Assembly (NCBI GenBank): GCA_043810285.1
Contig: JBDROH010000013.1
Span: 1 to 46,152, forward strand
From: an archaeon
GTDB lineage: Archaea > Nanobdellota > Nanobdellia > Pacearchaeales > GW2011-AR1
Reading direction: 5' to 3'
Length of the DNA stretch: 46,152 nt
In this document: positions 28,779 through 37,223 of the stretch, in pieces
Numbering within the stretch: position 1 is the first letter of the stretch
Layout: each line of letters begins with the position of its first letter
Program-made: the position numbers and the translations under genes
The notes under the pieces: model-generated
Told to the model about the DNA's origin: nothing
The model's database searches: none
What the model saw: only the letters and a program-made list of their open reading frames with translations

Positions 28779-28880
28779 CTATGTACAAAACACCTTTGAC
28801 TAAAAATTGTAAGGGCTAGGGGAATTTAAAAAATATTTAGTTACAAACATTTATCTAGAAAAAAGGAAAGGCATACGGAT

Positions 28881-29351
28881 ATGAATAAACAAAATAAAAA
28901 ACAGGAAGAGAATAATGGAATTAACCTTTCATGTACGGGGGTAGAAGGGTTGCGTGTAAGTATATTCAAACTCGAGGAAGATAAACTATACCTTTGCTCA
29001 AAAATAAATTTTGGAATAAAAGAAACCGATCCTGTACAGAGCGTAATTATTAAATGTACAGATGATGAAAAAGTTATAAAATTTTGCGAACAGAATGAAC
29101 TGAAAAACATAAGAAACTGTTCATTAAACGATGAGTTGCGCATAACTGCTGGAGTATTTACAAAGAATATTAGGTCCTTAGACCGAATAATAGAATTTGT
29201 CAGGGGCGAGGGTATTCAAGAGATAGAACCGGATAAAATTAAACAACCCGTTAAAGATACTAAACGTTTTCCGTATAATCCTCAAATAATAAAGAAACTC
29301 TATCGTCGAAAAAGAAATGAAATGGCTGATTATCTTAGAATGGTAGGTTAG
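28881..29351 (+). CDS. Hypothetical protein
   Basis: 156-aa ORF with a purine-rich leader. Confidence 0.65.
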   Translation: MNKQNKKQEENNGINLSCTGVEGLRVSIFKLEEDKLYLCSKINFGIKETDPVQSVIIKCTDDEKVIKFCEQNELKNIRNCSLNDELRITAGVFTKNIRSLDRIIEFVRGEGIQEIEPDKIKQPVKDTKRFPYNPQIIKKLYRRKRNEMADYLRMVG

Positions 29352-29380
29352 TTAACAAAATTTTAAGGAGGTGTATCATA

Positions 29381-29668
29381 ATGGAAAATAAACAACTAAC
29401 TATTAAAAAATTTAGGAAATACTGTTTTATTGGAGGTATAGTTACGATCATTATCTTTTGCAGAGTTGTATATTTTACAGGAATCCAATTAGTTACTAGT
29501 CCGCAAGATTCTACTTTGTATAAACTCCTAGTTACTCTCTGGGTCTTATTAGTAGTCATTGCCACAACCCTATTCGCAATGTCTTATGCCTGTTACAAAA
29601 TATTGAAGGATATGTTATTTGAACGACTTTATTATGAGGATCAAGAAGAATCTGTAACAATTAATTGA
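29381..29668 (+). CDS. Hypothetical membrane protein
   Basis: TAAGGAGGTG leader; two TM helices. Confidence 0.65.
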   Translation: MENKQLTIKKFRKYCFIGGIVTIIIFCRVVYFTGIQLVTSPQDSTLYKLLVTLWVLLVVIATTLFAMSYACYKILKDMLFERLYYEDQEESVTIN

Positions 29669-29829
29669 AAGTAATAGGGAATAGCCTAGGCGCCATTGTT
29701 AGCCCGTTCCGTGTTAGACCCCCTCTTTATGCGGATAAGGCAGATGGCGCCGTCTATTTTAATTTACTATAAAACCTTGGAAATTTAAATAGGAAAAATA
29801 TATAAAAAACTTGGAAAGAAGGTGAATAA

Positions 29830-30045
29830 ATGTTTAAATCTTTTTTGATTATATTCACTGTAATATGGTTATGGATATCTATTATAGTTACATCTTCAAA
29901 AATAGTGGAGATGATTGTTGCTAGTATAAATAATTCGGCGATGAAGAATACCGCTATAAGTAATAAGTTAAAGTATCCCAGAAATGTTGTTGCCTTTTTC
30001 TGGACAATCTGGTTCATACTAATGATGTTAATCCTAAAAAATTAA
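29830..30045 (+). CDS. Small membrane protein
   Basis: AGGTGA leader; two TM helices. Confidence 0.6.
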   Translation: MFKSFLIIFTVIWLWISIIVTSSKIVEMIVASINNSAMKNTAISNKLKYPRNVVAFFWTIWFILMMLILKN

Positions 30046-30050
30046 GGGAG

Positions 30051-30311
30051 GTGATGAATAATAAAGTCACGAAAATTGTAGCAAAAATTATTATTGGAAA
30101 ACATGAGGGAAGATATGGTATAGTCTACGAGTATGGAGGAGGTACAATAACTTTCTCATTAGAACCTCCTGTTTGGAAAGGAGAAGGTTCAACAAATTTA
30201 ATGAGGGGTGACTGGGTTACCTTGGGGAATATAAAAATGCATGGTAATCCTCCAAAAAAAAGGGCTGGTAGTGCTCGTTTAGCTATAGAAGAAGAGATAA
30301 TGCAGTATTAA
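30051..30311 (+). CDS. Small beta-rich (OB-fold-like) hypothetical protein
   Basis: GKH.G.Y...ITFSLEPPVW...GDWV.L pattern recalled from a Parcubacteria hypothetical family; not verified. Confidence 0.6.
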   Translation: MMNNKVTKIVAKIIIGKHEGRYGIVYEYGGGTITFSLEPPVWKGEGSTNLMRGDWVTLGNIKMHGNPPKKRAGSARLAIEEEIMQY

Positions 30312-30400
30312 AAAAATTGGAGAGCATTAGAAATAAAACTTGAAAAGAATAAGAAAATCAAATCAAAACCAGGCTAAATAGAGTAAAGGAGAATAGTTTA

Positions 30401-30574
30401 ATGGACAAAAGGAAAAAGAAATGTACTGGATGTGGTAAAAGAGAAGCCAAACCACATACAGATAATGGATTAGATTGTGGCGATGATTTATGTGATATTT
30501 GTTTTGAAAAGATGGTTAACGATTGTAGAAAAAAAGTTGGTGAGAAAGGTGGAAATAAATTGATAAATAAATAG
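30401..30574 (+). CDS. 57-aa zinc-finger protein (not in ORF track)
   Basis: AAGGAG leader; CTGC...DCGDDLCDIC. Confidence 0.65.
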   Translation: MDKRKKKCTGCGKREAKPHTDNGLDCGDDLCDICFEKMVNDCRKKVGEKGGNKLINK

Positions 30575-30699
30575 GGGGAGGAGGGAGCAACAAAAATTCT
30601 ATTTCTTAAGATCTTTGTTAACAAATTAGGGTTGGGGAAAATTTAGTAGGCTATTTCTCAGCCCTAATTTATTCTGAAATAATTTTAAAAAAGGATTTA

Positions 30700-30849
30700 A
30701 TGAAAATGAGAAAACAAATGAGAAAACAAAGAAATCGTCGGTGTTTTAGAAATAATAAATCAACAAATTCAACAAATGGCAGGAGGCATAAAGAGGTTAG
30801 ATCAAAAATAAATTCCGGTCAGGATGCAAGGGAGTTTAGGAGAAAATAA
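30700..30849 (+). CDS. 49-aa highly basic peptide (not in ORF track)
   Basis: AAGGA leader; MKMRKQMRKQRNRR...; in-frame 12-bp and 9-bp tandem duplications. Confidence 0.4.
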   Translation: MKMRKQMRKQRNRRCFRNNKSTNSTNGRRHKEVRSKINSGQDAREFRRK

Positions 30850-30906
30850 AATTTTTAGAGGGTTAATTATTAAAACTATTTGAAAGATTATTAAAAAGGG
30901 GGAAAA

Positions 30907-31263
30907 ATGTTTCATTCTGATAAAGAAGTTAACGAAGTAAATCAATTAATAAATGAAATAAAGAACTGTACCGTGTCACATGTGCAGAATATTGTAATAG
31001 ACATAATTACAGAATCCGAAATAAAATATATAAATATGGGTGTAAAGAAAATCCATAGTATTTATCTACCAATTTTAGATTCTGTCTTTAAGTTAGCGGC
31101 GGATAGTCTGACAAAGGAGATAGGGGCACTTAATGAAAAAGAGAAGGCTCATCTCAAGAGGATGCTGTTCAATCTATTGAAACCGATAGAGCTTCATCAA
31201 CCTATTAAACCTCTCCAGATAATAACATATAAAGAATTGCTAGATCGAATAAAATTATTTTAA
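30907..31263 (+). CDS. Hypothetical protein, paralogue of 31369-31734
   Basis: Starts MFHSDK; similar length and C-terminus to the next gene. Confidence 0.7.
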   Translation: MFHSDKEVNEVNQLINEIKNCTVSHVQNIVIDIITESEIKYINMGVKKIHSIYLPILDSVFKLAADSLTKEIGALNEKEKAHLKRMLFNLLKPIELHQPIKPLQIITYKELLDRIKLF

Positions 31264-31273
31264 ATAAAAACTC

Positions 31274-31315
31274 AAACAAAAAAGGACCTCTTCGTAATTT
31301 GAATGTCCTTTTTTT
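31274..31315. terminator. Intrinsic-terminator-like hairpin, copy 1 of a 42-bp direct repeat
   Basis: AAACAAAAAAGGACCTCTTCGTAATTTGAATGTCCTTTTTTT: A-tract, GGAC/GTCC stem, T-tract. Confidence 0.75.
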
Positions 31316-31368
31316 GTCAAACCGGGTTACAAAGAACTAATATGTTTACAAAAGAAGGAGGTAAGAAA

Positions 31369-31734
31369 ATGTGCCATTCTGATAAGGTTATTAAACTTAA
31401 AATAACTGAATTAGTGGAAAGATTAAAAGACTATAAAGTCGAGAATTTTTGTAAAGCTGTATTTGAAATCGCTGAAGAATTTCAGAGAAAATACATAAGC
31501 CGAGATGATGTACAGCATGTTTCTTCTATTATAGGTGTTGCGGCTCAACTAAGAGACCGGACTGAGGGCTTAAAGATAGAACAACTTGCACCTGAGGAGT
31601 ATGATTTTAAAGATATATTGTGGTTGATAAATTTCCTGATTATTCAAAGAAAAGTTAATCACCCAGTCGAGATGGTTACATATACTACCCTCGAAGAACT
31701 CGAGAAAAAAATAAGGGTGATAGAAAGAAGATAA
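31369..31734 (+). CDS. Hypothetical protein, paralogue of 30907-31263
   Basis: AAGGAGGT before ATG 31369; starts MCHSDK. Confidence 0.7.
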   Translation: MCHSDKVIKLKITELVERLKDYKVENFCKAVFEIAEEFQRKYISRDDVQHVSSIIGVAAQLRDRTEGLKIEQLAPEEYDFKDILWLINFLIIQRKVNHPVEMVTYTTLEELEKKIRVIERR

Positions 31735-31738
31735 AATT

Positions 31739-31782
31739 AAACAAAAAAGGACCTCTTCGTAATTTGAATGTCCTTTTTTTTT
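31739..31782. terminator. Intrinsic-terminator-like hairpin, copy 2 of the 42-bp direct repeat
   Basis: Identical to 31274-31315 with two extra Ts; closes the array. Confidence 0.8.
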
Positions 31783-31896
31783 GGTCTTAGGTATATACTA
31801 CAATATACTATATCCTAACATATATATTAAATAATCTCCTCTACATAATAAAAAATCTACAACAACATTTATATATTCTATCCTCTGAATAACCTT

Positions 31897-34329
31897 ATGG
31901 GTGACGATTATATCAGATGGCTTTCAAATATTTCTAAGGAGGATATAAAACTTACGGGAGGCAAGGGTGCAAATCTAGGAGAGATATTTAACGCAAAGTT
32001 CCCGGTCCCTCAAGCATTCGTAATAACAACAGATGCATTTTACTATTTTATAAAAGAAACAAAAGTAAAAGACCAAATCCGAGAAATTCTAAACAAAATT
32101 GACGTAGATGACACAGACAGCTTAACAAAAAAAGCAGAAGAAATAAGAAATATTATCATTGACACTAAAATGCCAGAAAATTTAAAAAATGAAATTCTTG
32201 AAGCATACGACCATTTCAATATTGATCTAGATGGGATGGGAAGTTCTCCTGGAGCATTATCTATATTAAGGTCATCACGAGAACCAGTTTTCGTTTCAGT
32301 AAGAAGTTCAGCGACGGCAGAGGACCTAGGCGATGCAAGTTTCGCAGGACAACAAGATTCGTTTATCAATGTCAAAGGAAACCCAGAACTAATCGAAAAA
32401 GTAAAACGATGTTTTGCTTCAATCTTCACAGCACGTTCATTATATTACCGTAAGAAAAAAGGTTTCGATGATTTTGTTGGAATCGCAGCAGTCGTTCAAA
32501 AAATGATAAACTCAGATAAATCTGGAGTAATGTTCTCGAGGCATCCTGTAAAAAATAACGATGAAATTTTAATCGAGGCAGTATTCGGTCAGGGTGAAGG
32601 AATCGTCTCAGGGAAAATCAAACCAGACCAATATATCGTCAAAAGAAATTTAGAAATCGTCGAGGAAAAAGTTTCAGATAAAAAATTAGCAATTATCCGT
32701 ACTTCAGGAGGACAAACAAAAACAATTCAGCTAACTCCTGAGAAATCCCATCAAAGAGTCTTGAAAACTTATGAGATAAAACAACTTGCAGAATACGCAA
32801 TAAAACTCGAAGACCACTATAAGAAACCCCAAGACATTGAGTTCGCAACTGAGGGAGAAGAAATCTATATATTGCAAACAAGACCAATAACAACACTAAA
32901 AGAAAATCAAGCCGAGGCTGTAGAATTAGAAGGTCAGATTTTAACTCAGGGTTTGGCAGCGTCGCCAGGAGTAGCCTCAGGAATTGTAAAAATAATTCGT
33001 TCAATGGATGACTTGGGAAAAATAAAACAAGGAGACGTCTTAGTTACTACAATGACAAATCCGGATATGGTTGTAACAATGCAAAAAGCCGCAGCAATCG
33101 TGACATCTGAAGGAGGAGTAACGGCACACGCAGCAATCATCTCACGAGAAATGGGAATTCCAGCAGTAGTAGGAACAGAAGATTGTCTAGACAAATTAAA
33201 AGATGGAGACGAAGTAACCGTTGATGGTTCAAATGGAAAAGTTTTTGCTGGAAGAGCCGAAAATAAAAAGATAGAAATTTTACCAATTGTCGAAACAAAA
33301 ACAAAAATCAAAGTACTAGTTGACCTACCACAATTTGCAGAACGAGCAGCAAAAACCAAGGCTTATGGAATCGGGCTTGTTCGACTTGAAGGATTAATTG
33401 CACTCGGAGGAAAACATCCATTAGCTTATGAAAAAGAAAATAAACTTGAAGATTACAAAGAAATGTTAAAGAAAGGTCTAAGCAAAATTGCCGATACATT
33501 CATAGGAAAACCAATCTGGGTTCGGTCTTCAGATATCCGTAGTGACGAATATTCAAATCTCGAAGGTGCACCTAAAGAAATTGAAAGAAATCCTATGCTT
33601 GGCGACCACGGAATTAGATTCTCATTAAAACACCTTGGAATATTCAAGGCAGAACTTGCAGCTATAAAAGAACTCGCTGATAAGGGCCATAAATTTGGAG
33701 TGATGTTCCCACAAGTTATTTCAGTAGAAGAAGTAAAACAAGCAAGAAAATTATTTAATGAAATGAAAATAGACAATGTCCAATTAGGAGTAATGATTGA
33801 AACACCTGCAGCCTCAATTTTAATTAAAGATATTTGTGATGAAGGTATAGATTTTATTTCATTCGGGACAAATGACTTGACGCAGTACACATTAGCAATC
33901 GACAGAGGAAATGAGGAAGTCCAAAATATTTATGACGAAACAAACTGGGCAGTTCTAAAACAAATCTCACGAGTCATAAGAGAATGTAAAAGCCATGGAG
34001 TCGAAACTTCAATCTGTGGACAAGCCGGCTCGAATAAAAAGATGGTAGAATTCTTAGTCAAACAAGGGATAGATTCAATCTCTGTCAACGCAGATGTAGC
34101 AAAAGAAATTTCAGAGTTAGTAAGAAAACTTGAAAGTGAAAAAACTGAAGAACCAAAAATCGAACCTCTCGACAATAAAGAATCTATCAAAGAAGAACTT
34201 CAAGAAAGACAAACACTAGAACAAGAAAGGATAGAAGAAATAAAAGAACCAGTAATTGAGAATTTAATAGAAGAACCTGCAGAAGAACCTTCCAAAAACA
34301 AACCAGCAAAAGAAGACATCTTTAATTAA
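31897..34329 (+). CDS. ppsA: Phosphoenolpyruvate synthase (pyruvate, water dikinase)
   Basis: GGKGANLGE, VRSSATAED, SFAGQ, phospho-His GGVTAHAAIISRE, NPMLG, FGTNDLTQ and SICGQ; acidic tail. Confidence 0.95.
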   Translation: MGDDYIRWLSNISKEDIKLTGGKGANLGEIFNAKFPVPQAFVITTDAFYYFIKETKVKDQIREILNKIDVDDTDSLTKKAEEIRNIIIDTKMPENLKNEILEAYDHFNIDLDGMGSSPGALSILRSSREPVFVSVRSSATAEDLGDASFAGQQDSFINVKGNPELIEKVKRCFASIFTARSLYYRKKKGFDDFVGIAAVVQKMINSDKSGVMFSRHPVKNNDEILIEAVFGQGEGIVSGKIKPDQYIVKRNLEIVEEKVSDKKLAIIRTSGGQTKTIQLTPEKSHQRVLKTYEIKQLAEYAIKLEDHYKKPQDIEFATEGEEIYILQTRPITTLKENQAEAVELEGQILTQGLAASPGVASGIVKIIRSMDDLGKIKQGDVLVTTMTNPDMVVTMQKAAAIVTSEGGVTAHAAIISREMGIPAVVGTEDCLDKLKDGDEVTVDGSNGKVFAGRAENKKIEILPIVETKTKIKVLVDLPQFAERAAKTKAYGIGLVRLEGLIALGGKHPLAYEKENKLEDYKEMLKKGLSKIADTFIGKPIWVRSSDIRSDEYSNLEGAPKEIERNPMLGDHGIRFSLKHLGIFKAELAAIKELADKGHKFGVMFPQVISVEEVKQARKLFNEMKIDNVQLGVMIETPAASILIKDICDEGIDFISFGTNDLTQYTLAIDRGNEEVQNIYDETNWAVLKQISRVIRECKSHGVETSICGQAGSNKKMVEFLVKQGIDSISVNADVAKEISELVRKLESEKTEEPKIEPLDNKESIKEELQERQTLEQERIEEIKEPVIENLIEEPAEEPSKNKPAKEDIFN

Positions 34330-34364
34330 TATAATTCCTATATCAAATTTAAAATACAAACTTA

Positions 34365-35216
34365 TTAAATCCTAGGCGTATCCTTTCTCTCATCAACCAA
34401 CTTATCCACCAACTTAGCCATCTCTCCTAAAAAAGAGTCTGCTTTATTAAACCAATCATCAAGTTCCTTTCCCCTAATAGAAACCAAAGTACTATGAACA
34501 ACATTTTTTGCAACAGAATGAATCTCCGAATAATAATCTACATATTTTCTATTTAACTTCTTAGTCTTTACAAAAGTCTCAATCAAAACATTAGGAATAG
34601 TTTCTGGAGAAGAAGGCATAACATCTGCTGCAATCAAAGCGGCATGTGCCGAATCAACCATAGTCCAATAAAGCCCGTCGACAACTGCCAACATAGATTG
34701 TTTTGCACGAGTCATATGTCCCGGTGCTCTCTGCAAAAGTGTATAGATAGATTCTGGAGTCGAACGAATTTTTCCTTCCTTCAATAAAATTCTCAACGGA
34801 TTAAAAAAACCACCAAAATCAATCAACGCATCACCATATCTCAAAACATTAATCACCACCGGATCTCCGCGCATTAAATCTTCCCACCACGTAGACAATT
34901 TAACAGAGTTAATATGTAACGATTTCCTATAGGGATTAGCTACAATCAACTTGCCAAGTTCCTCACGATACCATGCAATCAACTCTTGGTCCCACCTAAT
35001 TCCAACATCATCAATAATAACTATAATATCAATATCCGAATAGGGAGTCGAAACTCTTTTTGCCGACGACCCAAAAAGAACAACAGACTTTATCATCTGG
35101 TCAAACTTTTCATATACCTTCATTGCAAAATCCATAGCAATCTCTCTCTCGCCTGCAATTAAAAGTGTCGAAGCTTTTTCGAGTACTTTCTTAGTTACCT
35201 TTTTTTTATCAACCAT
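34365..35216 (-). CDS. Pol-beta-type nucleotidyltransferase with HEPN-like helical domain
   Basis: VLFGSSAK...SDIDIIVIIDD; YWTMVDSAHAALI helix. Confidence 0.8.
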   Translation of the reverse strand: MVDKKKVTKKVLEKASTLLIAGEREIAMDFAMKVYEKFDQMIKSVVLFGSSAKRVSTPYSDIDIIVIIDDVGIRWDQELIAWYREELGKLIVANPYRKSLHINSVKLSTWWEDLMRGDPVVINVLRYGDALIDFGGFFNPLRILLKEGKIRSTPESIYTLLQRAPGHMTRAKQSMLAVVDGLYWTMVDSAHAALIAADVMPSSPETIPNVLIETFVKTKKLNRKYVDYYSEIHSVAKNVVHSTLVSIRGKELDDWFNKADSFLGEMAKLVDKLVDERKDTPRI

Positions 35217-35304
35217 CCTCTCTTATTAATTCTTAGTAATTATATTTTATAAAACCTCCCTTCAGCATTCCAGGTCCACAGTATTATGAGCGAAGGTTTC
35301 GGGC

Positions 35305-37152
35305 CTAAGCCATCGGAGTTCCACCAAATCGTGATTGGTCCCCAGGCATCTGTCCTCCTAGGTCAATAGGCATAGTCGTAAAACCAGAACCATACATCGA
35401 ATGATGCTGTTGCGGATTAAGAGTGCCATAACCTCCAAAATAAGAACCTTGCATTTCGGTTGCTTGATTCCAGTGAGGGCCAGCACTCATTCCATAAATA
35501 GGTGAGCCAAAAGCCGCCAACGACATTCCATGTGGAGACTTCTTGAAATGCTGAACGAACCCTCCAGCCTCGACAATTTTCCGCATATCCTTCAATCGCC
35601 CGGTTTTCTCCAACTGCTCCATAATTTTTTTAAACGGAACATTTCCCATACCTGGAGCCAAATGAGAATCAGCAAAGCCAAAATTATCTGTCAGGTGTAA
35701 ATGTTTGACCATGGTCTTATCTTCACTAATTTTTTTTGTTTCTGCTAAAACATCAACATCGGTAAAACCTTTTTTCTTAATCATATTCAAATGACCAACA
35801 TCCCAAGTAACACCAAGTTGTTTCTCCGCAATCTTCTTAGCTTCAGCCTCACTCAATTTCTTCTCCCTAATCAATTGCTCAACAAAAACCTTCCGCGAAC
35901 TATTCACCAATTCTTTTAATTTCTCTGCCGAAGAGAATGCCGTTCCAGGCATAAAATTTTCAATTGCAATAATTGGGGCGCTCCCCCCGAATTCATTATA
36001 AGATCTCATAGCCAAATTCCCAAAGGTCTTAGCTGATTTATCTATCGCAAAAGTTTCAACTTCTTCAAAAATTTTAGGAGCACCATACCTCATCGCAATC
36101 TCCCGCAAGCTTCTGGAAGATTCCTCCAAAATTTCTTGCCTTATAGGGATATTCAAAACTGCGTTAGGGAGTAGCCCATCTATCTTATTAGAATATTTTT
36201 CAGCAAGATTCTTCAATTCTTTTTTCTGCGCAGGAGATCCATACTTATACGCTTTATGAAAAGAGTCAGTAAATTTTAATCCAGCATCTTCCACAAAAAT
36301 ATTTGTTCTTTGCAGAGCATTATAATCTTTAATTTGATTAGAATCAGGATATTTAAGCTCCTTACCAGTCTCCATATCAATAAATTGACCCTTATTATTT
36401 ATAACTGCATTCCCATAAACTTTTTTCAGTGATTCATATGAGTCTTTAATAATATCACGATCTTCTTTATTGGCTTTTGATAACTCAATCATTCTATTTT
36501 CCCATTCAGTTGCATTAATAGAATCTAATTGTACCTCAGGAGTATAAAGCTTCCCCCCCTTAGTAAGAGATTCCGGACTCCCCGGACGAAACTTATATTC
36601 TTTTTCAAGCGGAGCTAATTGCTTAGTTTCGCGATTAATTGCAAAAGTTTTTTCAACTTCAAATCTATTTTTACCTTTGCCTGGTTGAAACTCAGGACCC
36701 GGAGCACCAGCAGAACCATGAAAAACAATTGGAACATTACCATTAGGATCCAAAACATGTGCCTTTTCTATAGCATCAAACATTCTCCGTTCATTATCTT
36801 CCCGTTCCAAATTTCCTCCCCAACCTTTTTCACCGAAGCCCGCAGGATCGAGCATAGGCCCATGAACAGACGGTTTAACACCAGAAAGTTTCATCAAAGC
36901 TCGCATCTCTTTAAAATGTTCCTTAGGAATAGCTTCAGTAGCATCAGGCATAATCATAGAAACCTCAAAAGCTTTAACTCCTTGCTTTAAGGCAGTAACA
37001 GTTTCTCCAAGTTGATTTGCAGTCTGAGGAGAACCAGGGAAACCAAGTCCAGCCGCACTCATTCGATAGCCTACAAAACTTCCATGATCCGGATCAAGCG
37101 AAGACGTCCCTCCTTCATAAAATGATTCATAACTAGTATAATTATCTGCCAT
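35305..37152 (-). CDS. Xylose isomerase-like/AP endonuclease 2 TIM-barrel protein with a large insertion
   Basis: SVHGP, VFHGS, IAIEN, TWDVGH and HLHLTDNFG..DSHLAPG.GNV. Confidence 0.8.
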   Translation of the reverse strand: MADNYTSYESFYEGGTSSLDPDHGSFVGYRMSAAGLGFPGSPQTANQLGETVTALKQGVKAFEVSMIMPDATEAIPKEHFKEMRALMKLSGVKPSVHGPMLDPAGFGEKGWGGNLEREDNERRMFDAIEKAHVLDPNGNVPIVFHGSAGAPGPEFQPGKGKNRFEVEKTFAINRETKQLAPLEKEYKFRPGSPESLTKGGKLYTPEVQLDSINATEWENRMIELSKANKEDRDIIKDSYESLKKVYGNAVINNKGQFIDMETGKELKYPDSNQIKDYNALQRTNIFVEDAGLKFTDSFHKAYKYGSPAQKKELKNLAEKYSNKIDGLLPNAVLNIPIRQEILEESSRSLREIAMRYGAPKIFEEVETFAIDKSAKTFGNLAMRSYNEFGGSAPIIAIENFMPGTAFSSAEKLKELVNSSRKVFVEQLIREKKLSEAEAKKIAEKQLGVTWDVGHLNMIKKKGFTDVDVLAETKKISEDKTMVKHLHLTDNFGFADSHLAPGMGNVPFKKIMEQLEKTGRLKDMRKIVEAGGFVQHFKKSPHGMSLAAFGSPIYGMSAGPHWNQATEMQGSYFGGYGTLNPQQHHSMYGSGFTTMPIDLGGQMPGDQSRFGGTPMA

Positions 37153-37223
37153 ATAACACCTATAAATATCAAAGATAAAGATTATTTAAATTGTGCTGTC
37201 TCAAAAAGAAAAATAAACTTTAA

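Larger units (their letters stand above)
21540..31782 (+). mobile_element. Genomic island / co-oriented foreign gene array
   Basis: More than 20 ORFs all on the + strand with Shine-Dalgarno leaders, unlike the leaderless flanks; bacterial-type genes; intergenic hairpins; duplicated terminator at the right end. No integrase inside. Confidence 0.7.

Noticed and set aside
31274-31782. 42-bp direct repeat as a CRISPR array
   Set aside because: Only two copies, separated by a whole gene; it has terminator architecture and there are no cas genes in the window.
21540-31782. Array as a prophage or provirus
   Set aside because: No recognisable capsid, terminase, portal, integrase or replication genes and no flanking att repeats were seen; a viral origin for individual genes remains possible.
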